From assembly GCA_003331605.1 (NCBI GenBank), contig QOPD01000003.1, forward strand, positions 11,716 to 75,715: a stretch of DNA of 64,000 nt. The letters are read 5' to 3'. The position numbers and the translations under genes were made by a program. Each line of letters starts with the position of its first letter. The first letter of the stretch is position 1. A model generated the notes under the pieces. It was not told the origin of the DNA. It worked only from the letters and a program-made list of their open reading frames with translations, and searched no databases. Positions 50,709-60,312 of this stretch are shown here, in pieces. The stretch comes from SAR86 cluster bacterium (GTDB taxonomy: Bacteria > Pseudomonadota > Gammaproteobacteria > Magnimaribacterales > TMED112).

Positions 50709-50715
50709 ATTTTAA

Positions 50716-53088
50716 TTAAAAGCTAACTGAATATCTAAGACTTACCGTTCTTGGAGGAATCCATTGAACATAGTCTCTTGGTCTCCATGATGGAGAATCA
50801 ATAGCATATCTAAATGCTTCTGTTCTTTCATCGAAGACATTATCAATTGATAGTTGTAAGCCAGCATCTCCCAAGTTAACTCCAGCATTGAAGTTAATCT
50901 TAGAATATTCTGGAGACATCATATTCTCTGTTTGAGCAAAAGTTGCATAACTTTCACCGTAGTTTAACCAATCAACTCTTGCAAAGGCTGGATTGCCTAA
51001 GAAGTTTGTTTCGTAAGTTAAACCAACATTGAATTGACTTTCAACTGTTCCAGGAAGTCTGTCACCAGCTTTAGCATCAAAGCTTGGTAGGTCAACAGTT
51101 GTTTCAGCTGACATAAATGCTCCTGCGAAATCCAGATACAGGTTCTCAGCAAGATCAAGTGTGGCATCTAGTTCAAGACCTGATGTTTCAGCTGCACCAC
51201 CATTGTATGTGAATGACCATCCACATGCTGGAGCAATACCAATTTGGATATCCTGCCAATCAATCATGAAGTAGGTAGCATTAATAGAGAATCTAGATGT
51301 TCTATATTTCCCACCAAATTCAGTATTTTGAGCATTGTCAGAAGTAAACCTTCTTTTAAAAGACGAGGCTTCTGGATCGTTCTCACAGAAATATGGTAAG
51401 TTAGCATTGTTGCCACCAGGCCTGTAGCCTGCAGAGCTAACAGCAAACAAGGTTAGATCATCATTTGGTGTATAGCTAACAGTGAATTTTGGTCTTGTGT
51501 CAGCTTCTGTACCGGACAACTCGTTACAAGTTACACCATCGGCAAAATCGCCCTGACCATCGCCATCATTGTCACACCCGTTACTACCAAGATAGAACAC
51601 ACCAAATTCAGAACCTTTATAACTGCCTTCAAGCATGTATCTTCTTAACCCAGCTGTAAAAGTAAAGTCTTCCCATGCATAAGAAACCTGACCAAATACT
51701 GACTCTTCTCTAGCTCTGTCAAAATATCTCCAGCTACCGTAGTACATATTTGGATAACCCAATGAGTCGTTACAAAACGGTGGACAGTAAGCTGAGCCAT
51801 CGTAATCAGGAGCGCCCATTATAATTGATGTGATGTAATCAAATGCATCTGCGCTAGGGCCAAATTGTGTTTCAACTATTTGGTTAGGCTTTCCTTCATA
51901 ATCCTCAAAAAAGTAACCAACGGTCCACTCAAAGACACCAGGGTTGGAGTTTACTCTAAATTCAAAACTAGAAGTTTCTGAATCTGAAGTCACGACTAAT
52001 GGACCTGCATAAAGGTCATCCATATCAATTCTGCTCCATTCGGTATCTGAGTCTTCTCTGTCTTGATAATTAGCTAAAACTGCTACAACATTAAAGTCAT
52101 CTGCTTGATAATTTAATTGTGTTGCGAGGACTTTGGTTCTAACTCTATGTATTTCATCTGAAAAGTCTGCGAAGGCTAGAAGCGGATTGTAGTTGCTTAA
52201 GCCAGGAAGGTCTGTGTAATCACCAAGCTCAGCTGCAATACCAGCAACTCTTGCACAATTTTCATAACCATCCCAGTTGTACCACCAGCCAGCACCATCG
52301 GTATTACAGCCAGAAACAACTAAGTCTGCATTACCAGGCTTGTCACCATTTCCTTTTTCTTTCATACCAACATCGACTCGGTCGTTCACAATGTATCTGA
52401 CCATACCGTCAAGTCTGTCAAAGTTAAATCCAAGGGTCAGAACTGTTCTTTCATCGTTTTGAGTACCAACACCTTTTTTTCCAGTCATGACGTTTTGATA
52501 AATTCCAGGATCTATTGCTGAGGAGTAAACTGCTCTTAGTGCAACATTATTGCTCAACGGAACATTCACCATGGCGTTGTAATTTTCTATTGCTTCAACA
52601 GCAAACTCTTTATCACCAAGCTCAACTGATAGTTTGGATTCAAACTTTTCAGTGTTTGGTTTATTTGTGATGTATCGGATTGTTCCACCAATAGCATTTG
52701 AACCATACAGAGTTCCTTGTGGGCCTCTCAATACTTCAATTCTGGCAACATCAAAAATGTTCATTGTTGAACCTTTAATTTCATCAATATAAACAGAAGA
52801 TGTCCCAGGTGATCTCTGAGCTGAACTAGTGTTTAGTCCTCTAAAAGAAAAGTATCTTGAACCACCAGGAGTTGTGACCCCAGATAGTGATCTTAAAAAA
52901 TCTTCAGGTGTAGTAATTCCTCTTACTTCGATATCCCCCTCTGTAATAACCGAAATATTCATTGGAATTTCTTGTACCGTTTCTTCTTTTTTATTAGCTG
53001 TAACAACTACTTCTTCGTAGTTGCTTTCTTCTTGTGCTTCAAAAAAGAATGCAAAAGTAACGAGATATGCAAAAATTAGCCTTTTCAT
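50716..53088 (-). CDS. TonB-dependent receptor
   Basis: EEVVVTA, IEVLRGPQGTLYG, C-terminal F. Confidence 0.95.
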   Translation of the reverse strand: MKRLIFAYLVTFAFFFEAQEESNYEEVVVTANKKEETVQEIPMNISVITEGDIEVRGITTPEDFLRSLSGVTTPGGSRYFSFRGLNTSSAQRSPGTSSVYIDEIKGSTMNIFDVARIEVLRGPQGTLYGSNAIGGTIRYITNKPNTEKFESKLSVELGDKEFAVEAIENYNAMVNVPLSNNVALRAVYSSAIDPGIYQNVMTGKKGVGTQNDERTVLTLGFNFDRLDGMVRYIVNDRVDVGMKEKGNGDKPGNADLVVSGCNTDGAGWWYNWDGYENCARVAGIAAELGDYTDLPGLSNYNPLLAFADFSDEIHRVRTKVLATQLNYQADDFNVVAVLANYQDREDSDTEWSRIDMDDLYAGPLVVTSDSETSSFEFRVNSNPGVFEWTVGYFFEDYEGKPNQIVETQFGPSADAFDYITSIIMGAPDYDGSAYCPPFCNDSLGYPNMYYGSWRYFDRAREESVFGQVSYAWEDFTFTAGLRRYMLEGSYKGSEFGVFYLGSNGCDNDGDGQGDFADGVTCNELSGTEADTRPKFTVSYTPNDDLTLFAVSSAGYRPGGNNANLPYFCENDPEASSFKRRFTSDNAQNTEFGGKYRTSRFSINATYFMIDWQDIQIGIAPACGWSFTYNGGAAETSGLELDATLDLAENLYLDFAGAFMSAETTVDLPSFDAKAGDRLPGTVESQFNVGLTYETNFLGNPAFARVDWLNYGESYATFAQTENMMSPEYSKINFNAGVNLGDAGLQLSIDNVFDERTEAFRYAIDSPSWRPRDYVQWIPPRTVSLRYSVSF

Positions 53089-53135
53089 GCCTTTGAAAAT
53101 ACCATTTTTTTAATACTTTTTCTACTTTTTAGTAG

Positions 53136-53870
53136 TTAATTATTTTGCTGGCTATAGGTTTCCCAAGCAATATTTTGAAGAAATAAAATATCTTCATCAG
53201 AAAGTTGATTAAGGTAATTGTATTTAAGGCCAACTGGGGTTGAGTTAGTCAAGTAAGCAAAAATTGTATATGCAGCCAGATAATGCCCTTTTAGTGCAGG
53301 ATGTGAGCCATCAGGGTGATGCAATTTTATATCACTTCTTTTTGCGTAGGCTTTTTCAAATGCCAATGCAATTGGAAGCAATAAAGAACCTGTTTCCATG
53401 GCAGCCTGCCTATGAGTTGCAATTACCTCTTCAAGATTATTTTCTCGGTAGCGACGCTCGTAAGGCAGATAGTCATGAAACATATAAAGAGCAGTTTTTA
53501 TGTCGGCATTTTTTGCCTTAGAAGAAAATTCTTTGACTGTTTCAATGTATTTATTTTTGAATTCTGAATTCGAAAATTCAAAACTACCAGCTTGCATAAT
53601 AATTAAGTCGTATTTTTCTTTAACACCCAAGTTTTTGTGGTTTAATAAGTGATCAAAATTATGGTGATGCAATCTAGCAGCTGAAATGGTCGAAGATTTA
53701 AATGTAAAGGTCTTTTCAGGATATGCTTCTTCAAGCATCCTTCTAACATGATTGTGCAAGCTGTCGTTATAGTAAAAATAACTGTTGCCAATGAATAAAA
53801 TATTTTGTGGAACTGAATGGGCATGAAGACCAATCACAAATAGAAGAAGAATCCTCAAAAATGTTTTCAT
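53136..53870 (-). CDS. Exported SGNH/GDSL-like hydrolase
   Basis: FIGNSY and DGSHP motifs. Confidence 0.7.
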   Translation of the reverse strand: MKTFLRILLLFVIGLHAHSVPQNILFIGNSYFYYNDSLHNHVRRMLEEAYPEKTFTFKSSTISAARLHHHNFDHLLNHKNLGVKEKYDLIIMQAGSFEFSNSEFKNKYIETVKEFSSKAKNADIKTALYMFHDYLPYERRYRENNLEEVIATHRQAAMETGSLLLPIALAFEKAYAKRSDIKLHHPDGSHPALKGHYLAAYTIFAYLTNSTPVGLKYNYLNQLSDEDILFLQNIAWETYSQQNN

Positions 53871-54289
53871 TTAATATCCTTATGAAATGCGGTGAATACC
53901 ACTGAAGAAACAATTTCTTTAACCTCATTTGTGACAATAACATCCCACAGCGAAGTTGTTCTGCCCAAATGTTTTGAGGTTGCTTTAGCATAAACAAAAC
54001 CTGAAGTAGCTGATTTAAGGTGGTTGGCATTGAGGCTGAGACCGACAGGGATTTGTTTGGTTAGATCAAGTGTTAGTGCTGTTGCAAAACTAGCAACACT
54101 TTCTGCTAGCACACAAGATGCTCCGCCGTGCAGCAAACCAAAAGGTTGTTTTGTTTTTTCATTAACGGGCATTTTTGCACAAAGGTAGTTTGTGCCAATA
54201 TCATAAAATTCGATTTCAAGATGTTTATCCATATTGATGGAAGAACCTTCTAGATCCTCTATAGATATTTCTTTGAACCATATCGACAT
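53867..54289 (-). CDS. Hotdog thioesterase (YdiI/MenI-like)
   Basis: QPFGLLHGGAS..LAE, NANH. Confidence 0.9.
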   Translation of the reverse strand: MSIWFKEISIEDLEGSSINMDKHLEIEFYDIGTNYLCAKMPVNEKTKQPFGLLHGGASCVLAESVASFATALTLDLTKQIPVGLSLNANHLKSATSGFVYAKATSKHLGRTTSLWDVIVTNEVKEIVSSVVFTAFHKDIK

Positions 54290-54457
54290 AAGTAAACATT
54301 ATATACGATGCATATTTGTTTTTATTTTATACTTATACCCAATAATTAGCACATAAAAAAAGGCTTAAAATTATATTAATCAAAAAAAAATTTACAAAAA
54401 TGCATTTTCTGCATAAAAAAACTATCTTTTTTTAAAAAAGCACCTAAACTACGAATT

Positions 54458-55477
54458 ATGAAAGTTGGACTAAATGGTTTTGGCCGCATCGGCAGAAACA
54501 TACTTAGAGCATATTTGGAAAGAGGTGACAGCAAATTTGAGATTGTTGCAATTAATGATCTTGCTGACACAACAACGAATGCTCATCTTCTTAAATACGA
54601 TTCAGTGCATGGCACGCTAGACTACGATATTTCTTCAAGTGAGGACTCAATATCAGTAGGTAACCAAACCTTTAAGTGTTTTAGTGAAAGAAATCCAGAG
54701 GATTTGCCATGGAAAGAATTGGGAGTGGACGTTGTTTTTGAGTGTACAGGAATCTTCACTACCAGAGAAAAGGCTTCTCTTCATCTTAAAGCTGGAGCTT
54801 CAAAAGTAATTATTTCAGCGCCTGGCAAAGACGTTGATAGAACTGTTGTATTTGGAGTAAATCATGAAGAACTTGCATCCAACGATGCAATTATTTCCAA
54901 TGCGTCTTGCACAACAAATTGTCTCGCTCCATTGGCCAAGGTTATTAACGACAACTTTGTAATAACCAACGGATTGGTAAATACTATTCACGCTTATACA
55001 AATGATCAAAGTTTGTTGGACGTTTATCATTCAGATTTGCTTAGAGCCAGAGCAGCTGGCCAATCAATGATTCCAACAAAAACAGGTGCTGCAACTGCAG
55101 TTGGAGAAGTTATTCCAGAGTTAAACGGAAAGCTTAATGGCCTTGCTGTTAGGGTACCTGTTGCCAATGTATCCTTATTAGATTTTACATTTAATACAGA
55201 AAAAGATTTTACAGTAGAGGAGCTTAATGCTGTACTTGAAGAAGCATCTTTGAATGAGCTAAGTGGTGTATTGGATGTGAATTCAGTTCCGCTAGTAAGC
55301 ACCGATTTTAAAGGAAACACCAATTCAAGTGTCTACGATAAATTGCATACACAAAAAATAGATAAAAATACAAAGATTTTAGCTTGGTACGATAATGAGT
55401 GGGGCTTCTCCAATCGTATGCTAGATCTAACAAGTTATGTTGTTGAAAATTTAGCAACACAAGATATCGCTGCCTAG
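54458..55477 (+). CDS. gap: Type I glyceraldehyde-3-phosphate dehydrogenase
   Basis: GFGRIGR, ASCTTNC, HAYT (Thr, unlike Epd), WYDNE. Confidence 0.95.
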   Translation: MKVGLNGFGRIGRNILRAYLERGDSKFEIVAINDLADTTTNAHLLKYDSVHGTLDYDISSSEDSISVGNQTFKCFSERNPEDLPWKELGVDVVFECTGIFTTREKASLHLKAGASKVIISAPGKDVDRTVVFGVNHEELASNDAIISNASCTTNCLAPLAKVINDNFVITNGLVNTIHAYTNDQSLLDVYHSDLLRARAAGQSMIPTKTGAATAVGEVIPELNGKLNGLAVRVPVANVSLLDFTFNTEKDFTVEELNAVLEEASLNELSGVLDVNSVPLVSTDFKGNTNSSVYDKLHTQKIDKNTKILAWYDNEWGFSNRMLDLTSYVVENLATQDIAA

Positions 55478-55575
55478 GTTATTTACCTCAGAATGTCTGG
55501 CCCAACTTCCATTCTGTAAGACTTCTAGGTAGCGATTCCCCTTTTTTTATTAAGTTTGCACCCTATAGATAAACA

Positions 55576-56565
55576 ATGATTAAAGTCGCAGTTGCTGGTG
55601 CAACAGGAGTAGTGGGCACATTACTAGCTAATTACTTAACTAAGGAAAATTTAGAGCTTGACCTCTATGCATCTGAGGCAAGTGTTGGAAAGACAGTTAA
55701 TATCAAAGGCAAAGAGTTTTCTCTTAAACCTTTAGTAGAGATTAATGACACCAAATATGACTATATTTTCTTAGCTATATCAGCGGAAAATACAAAAGCT
55801 CTTAAACGCAGCATCACTTATCCCACAAAATTTTTAGATTTATCTTCAGCCTATAGACAAGACCCTGATACACCTCTTTTACTGTATGGTGTTAATCATC
55901 AGGATTATTCCAACGAAAATTTTATCGCATTACCTAACTGTGTGGTTGCTCCTGTGGCCAAACCAATAAAAATTATCTCCAATGTTAATTTAGTTAAAAA
56001 TATATTTATATCAACTTATCAATCCATAAGCGGTGCAGGCCGAGAAAAAACACATAAGCTTTTAGATGACACAACTAAAGATCTAGAGGCTCTAAAAGCA
56101 CTGGAGAGTAAATTTGATTTTTCCGATAACTGTATAAATCAAATCAACTCATTCAATGTTGTTCCTGCTATAGATGATATTTATGCTGACGGTAGTACAG
56201 GTGAGGAAACTAAGATAAAAGATGAATTAAGTAAGATATTGAAACTTTCAGACGTCACAACAATAGCAACATGCGTAAGAGTCCCTGTTATTCGAGGACA
56301 TTGTGCCAGCATTAATATTGTTAGCAACGAAGCTATAAATCTTACAAATATAAAGGAGCAATTTTTAAACGATCCTGAGTTAAATTTTGACGACGGCGTA
56401 ATTCCATCTCCAAGACAAAATGGTAATTCTGAAGTGATTTCCATTGGTAGGCTCAGAGTTTTTCAAGATTCTCCAAATGTAATAAGTTTTTGGGTGGTGG
56501 GCGACAATCTTAATATTGGTGCGGCCGGGAATGCTTATCGAATTTTTAAATACATCAATGACTGA
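55576..56565 (+). CDS. asd: Aspartate-semialdehyde dehydrogenase
   Basis: GATGVVG, PNC, QSISGAG, RVPV..GH, DNL..GAA. Confidence 0.9.
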   Translation: MIKVAVAGATGVVGTLLANYLTKENLELDLYASEASVGKTVNIKGKEFSLKPLVEINDTKYDYIFLAISAENTKALKRSITYPTKFLDLSSAYRQDPDTPLLLYGVNHQDYSNENFIALPNCVVAPVAKPIKIISNVNLVKNIFISTYQSISGAGREKTHKLLDDTTKDLEALKALESKFDFSDNCINQINSFNVVPAIDDIYADGSTGEETKIKDELSKILKLSDVTTIATCVRVPVIRGHCASINIVSNEAINLTNIKEQFLNDPELNFDDGVIPSPRQNGNSEVISIGRLRVFQDSPNVISFWVVGDNLNIGAAGNAYRIFKYIND

Positions 56566-57772
56566 TCTGATCGTACAAAAATTTGGTGGAACTTCGGTTG
56601 CTAATTTAGACCGAATTGAAAAAATTGCTGAAATTATAAAATCCTCTGCAGAAATTAATAATGTAGTTGTGGTAATTTCAGCTATGGCCGGCGAGACCGA
56701 TAGGCTATTTAGCCTTGGTCAAAAATATTTTAACCAAGACAACATTCGTGAGATGGATGCGCTGCTTTCTACAGGTGAAGTTGTCAGCTCATCCTTGCTT
56801 GCAATGTGCCTATCAAGCTTAGGGCTTAAAGCCAAATCATTTAATGCTTCTCAGCTTAAACTAATGACCAAAAAAGATAGTTCAAATAAATTTGCAACGA
56901 TACTTTCAATTGATACAGCTTTGATAAAAAATGAAATTGCGCATGGTGTTATCCCTATAATTACTGGTTTTCAGGGTGTCGATGAAAAAGGAGATTTTAC
57001 AACCCTTGGTCGTGGTGGGTCGGATACCACAGCTGTGGCAGTAGCAGCTGAACTCAAGGCCAAAGAGTGCCAAATTTATACCGATGTCAAAGGGGTATTT
57101 TCTGCAGATCCAAATAAAGTGAATGATGCCAGAGTTTTGGAATATGTAACTTCTGAAGAAATGTTAGAGCTTTCAGGTCAAGGAGCAAAGGTACTAGCAT
57201 TGCGTTCGGTTGAGCTGGGCCATAAATATAAAGTACCAATTAAAGTCTTATCGAGCTTTGAGCAAAGCCAAGGGACAAAAATTATTTATAATGAGCCCAC
57301 AGATATGGAACAGTCAGTAGTTACAAGTATTACATCAGAACCTAACCAGGCCAAATTTACTATTTACGGGGGCAAGAGTGGTAATGATTTTTCCTCTTCC
57401 GTTCTAAATCTGATGGCACAAAAAAATATTTTTGTTGATGTTATTGTGATGAATTACGAGCTAAATGGAGCAATTGACTTTTCATTCACAGTGCAACAAG
57501 GTAATTCAGTTGAGGTTGAATCTATTCTTAAAGAAAATAAAGGCCAACTTTTTGATGATTATATTTCTGAATCAGATTTATCAAAAATTTCGGTAGTTGG
57601 TGTCGGCATGCGTTCACAAACAGGGGTGGCTAGTCGCGTTTTTAGTTGTCTAGAGGGCAGTAAGACGTCACTTAAACTTGTAAGCACATCTGAAATTAAA
57701 ATAACCTTGGTCCTTGAAAGCTCCTTAGAAAAAACGACTGTTGAATCCTTGCACAGAGAATTTTTTAAGTAA
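56558..57772 (+). CDS. lysC: Aspartate kinase
   Basis: VQKFGGTS, LGRGGSD, ACT domains. Start is the ATG at 56558. Confidence 0.95.
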   Translation: MTDLIVQKFGGTSVANLDRIEKIAEIIKSSAEINNVVVVISAMAGETDRLFSLGQKYFNQDNIREMDALLSTGEVVSSSLLAMCLSSLGLKAKSFNASQLKLMTKKDSSNKFATILSIDTALIKNEIAHGVIPIITGFQGVDEKGDFTTLGRGGSDTTAVAVAAELKAKECQIYTDVKGVFSADPNKVNDARVLEYVTSEEMLELSGQGAKVLALRSVELGHKYKVPIKVLSSFEQSQGTKIIYNEPTDMEQSVVTSITSEPNQAKFTIYGGKSGNDFSSSVLNLMAQKNIFVDVIVMNYELNGAIDFSFTVQQGNSVEVESILKENKGQLFDDYISESDLSKISVVGVGMRSQTGVASRVFSCLEGSKTSLKLVSTSEIKITLVLESSLEKTTVESLHREFFK

Positions 57773-59117
57773 ATTTCTGCTTTCTTTGATGCATTAACCT
57801 CTTAAAGAAACTTAGGTTAGATTCATTATTGTTAAGTTGTTCATCAACTGCTAAATCTTGAAAACCACTATCGGCTGGCAGCCAGGGTTTTGTTTTGGAA
57901 AAACCCAAGTTTTTGTCAGCTCCAATCCAGGGCATAGGGGTCCTGCAACCATCTCTTCCTTTAAACTCTGGCCAAAACCTTTTTCCAAATGGATCACGAA
58001 CATCAGCATAGTCCAATTCGCTTTCATTGAGGCCAAGCTCTTCTCCTTGGTAAATGCATACATTCCCCTTAAGCGAAAGTAGTTTAGCCATAAGTTCTTT
58101 TGGTGTTTTTATAGATCGTGAAGCAATACGAGTTGAATCATGATTACTAAATGCCCAACAAGGCCATGAATGTGGATTGGTTTTAAAAAAATTATCGACT
58201 ACATTATCGACGTAATCGTAATTAAATTCTTCAGATAAGAATTCAAAACTGTAGGCCATATGTAAACGATTTTCAGTGGTGTAGTCACCCATAACTTGGT
58301 TGAAGTTGTCTGCAACGATTTCTCCAACTGAAACAGCATTGTACTTATCAAGGAGGGCACGAATTTTTTGGAGGTAGGGCAGCATCTCAGGTCTTGAGTT
58401 ATCGTAGATGTGGTATTGCGTGCCATAAGGATTGTCCTTATTAAATCCTAGAGGTCTAATTTTTTCTGATTCTTTTGGTGGATTGTCTCTTAAGTTAGCA
58501 TCATGAAATAAAAAATTTATCACATCAAAACGAAAGCCATCAACACCCAAATTCAACCAATAATGTAATTCATCAAGCATTTGATTTTGAACTTCAGGAT
58601 TATGGAAATTTAAATCTGCCTGTTGTTCTAAAAAGTTGTGTAGATAGTAGGCTTGTCTCTTTTCAGACCATTTCCATGCGGATCCACCGAATACCGATAA
58701 CCAATTGTTGGGTTCTGAATCATTTAATCCATCAGCCCAAACATACCAGTCACTATAATCATTTTTCTTGGCGGAATTGCTACGTAGAAACCACTCGTGA
58801 TGTGTAGAGGTATGGCTTAGAACTAAATCAATCATAATCTTTAAGTTCTTTTTCTTAAAAACCTCTACAAGCTCAAGAAAATCTTTGTTGCTTCCAAATA
58901 GTGGGTCAACAGTTCGATAGTCTTGAACGTCATAGCCATAGTCGAATTGTGGCGACTTAAAGAAAGGTGAGATCCATACGTAGTCTACGCCAAGATCTTT
59001 AATATAATCAGCTTTATTAATAATGCCTCTTAGATCTCCAACCCCATTGCCAGATGTGTCGCAAAAACTTCTGGGGTAGATTTGATAAATAACCTTATTT
59101 TTCCAATTGTCAGCCAT
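57765..59117 (-). CDS. GH13 alpha-glucosidase
   Basis: YQIYPRSF, catalytic FRFDVIN / VGE / NHD, GRDGCRTPM. The ATG at 59117 is the likely start. Confidence 0.92.
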   Translation of the reverse strand: MADNWKNKVIYQIYPRSFCDTSGNGVGDLRGIINKADYIKDLGVDYVWISPFFKSPQFDYGYDVQDYRTVDPLFGSNKDFLELVEVFKKKNLKIMIDLVLSHTSTHHEWFLRSNSAKKNDYSDWYVWADGLNDSEPNNWLSVFGGSAWKWSEKRQAYYLHNFLEQQADLNFHNPEVQNQMLDELHYWLNLGVDGFRFDVINFLFHDANLRDNPPKESEKIRPLGFNKDNPYGTQYHIYDNSRPEMLPYLQKIRALLDKYNAVSVGEIVADNFNQVMGDYTTENRLHMAYSFEFLSEEFNYDYVDNVVDNFFKTNPHSWPCWAFSNHDSTRIASRSIKTPKELMAKLLSLKGNVCIYQGEELGLNESELDYADVRDPFGKRFWPEFKGRDGCRTPMPWIGADKNLGFSKTKPWLPADSGFQDLAVDEQLNNNESNLSFFKRLMHQRKQKFT

Positions 59118-59247
59118 AATGCACAAATTTTTTTATTTCATTAAATTTTTTTGGTAATTAATTTGAAAAAATCATGTAAATATTGCCAAAATGTCACAAA
59201 AGGACTGATTTCATTGCTTTTTGTAAATTTAATCATATCATAAACAC

Positions 59248-59324
59248 GGCCTTAAAGATGTTGATTAGTGGCTTAGTTTTTTCGACATTCCTCCTGAGCT
59301 GCTAAGATTTTTAAGGCTTTTTTT
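59248..59324 (+). ncRNA. Candidate small RNA / structured leader
   Basis: Nested 10-bp and 12-bp stems with G-U pairs, pyrimidine-rich anti-SD loop, U7 tail, upstream TTGCTT-16-TATCAT. Confidence 0.55.
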
Positions 59325-59382
59325 CAAATTTTTAAATCCTTACCAAACTTTATTTTATATAATTTACTATTCGGAGAGGACA

Positions 59383-60312
59383 TTGACCAATAATAAATTA
59401 TTACTTGATTTAGGAGGAACTAATTTAAGAATTGGCTATGGTGATCAAGAGAATCTTTCAATAGACAAAATCACTAAAATCAAGATATCAAATGACAGTG
59501 AAATCCTTGCAATTATAAAGAAACAATTAGCTGAAAGGCCAGCCAATGAAATTATATTTTCCGCTGCAGGCCCAAAAAGTGGCAATTCAATTGTAATGAC
59601 AAACAGATCATTGAATCTAGATGGTGCTGAACTTTCATCATCCTTGGATGTAGACAGCTGTTACATGCTTAATGATTGGGAATCTATAGGGTATTGTTTG
59701 CCTTTACTGCATGATAGCGACCTTGTATCTATTAAATCTGGAGATAGAAATACCAACCAAACTAGTTTAGCAGTAGGTCCAGGTACTGGACTTGGATTCT
59801 CTATTTTAAGATACATTAATCAGGTTCCTTATGTGTTTGCAACTGAGCTGGGCAACGCTAAAAGTTTCAATAATTATTTGCGTGAAGTTTTTGAAATTGG
59901 TGATCAAAATAATTTCCCTGTGCTTGAGAGTTTTTTATCAGGAAAGGGCATTACCAAGATATATCAAGCTAAATCTGGGCTAATCAAAACATCTGAGGAA
60001 ATCGTAGATAGTTATGGCAGCGATGATCTTGCAACTGATATGTTAAATAATTTTGGTAAGTCTATGGGCAGAGTGTTAGCTGATTTAAGCTTAACTTCAA
60101 TGGCGACAGGAGGCATATATTTTGCTGGAAGTCTAATGAGAGTTCTTTCGCAGCTTGATGTTATTACTGCGTTAAAAGATGAATTTGATGATCATGTATC
60201 AGAACATCATCAAAGTATACTAAAAAATATTTCTATAAATTTAATTACCAAACCACATACGCCCTTGTATGGGAACTTAAATTATTCAATCGTAAGGAGG
60301 CTACATGAATAG
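59383..60312 (+). CDS. glk: Glucokinase
   Basis: DLGGTN, LND, GPGTGLG; TTG start with GGAGAGG SD. Confidence 0.88.
   Translation: MTNNKLLLDLGGTNLRIGYGDQENLSIDKITKIKISNDSEILAIIKKQLAERPANEIIFSAAGPKSGNSIVMTNRSLNLDGAELSSSLDVDSCYMLNDWESIGYCLPLLHDSDLVSIKSGDRNTNQTSLAVGPGTGLGFSILRYINQVPYVFATELGNAKSFNNYLREVFEIGDQNNFPVLESFLSGKGITKIYQAKSGLIKTSEEIVDSYGSDDLATDMLNNFGKSMGRVLADLSLTSMATGGIYFAGSLMRVLSQLDVITALKDEFDDHVSEHHQSILKNISINLITKPHTPLYGNLNYSIVRRLHE

Noticed and set aside
54458-55477. Erythrose-4-phosphate dehydrogenase (epd) assignment
   Set aside because: HAYT and RARAA motifs match phosphorylating GAPDH
59264-59296. Minus-strand AGGAGG + mini-ORF MSKKLSH, or a CsrA-binding GGA loop
   Set aside because: SD-to-ATG spacing is only 1 nt, and the stem's G-U pairs become A-C mismatches on that strand
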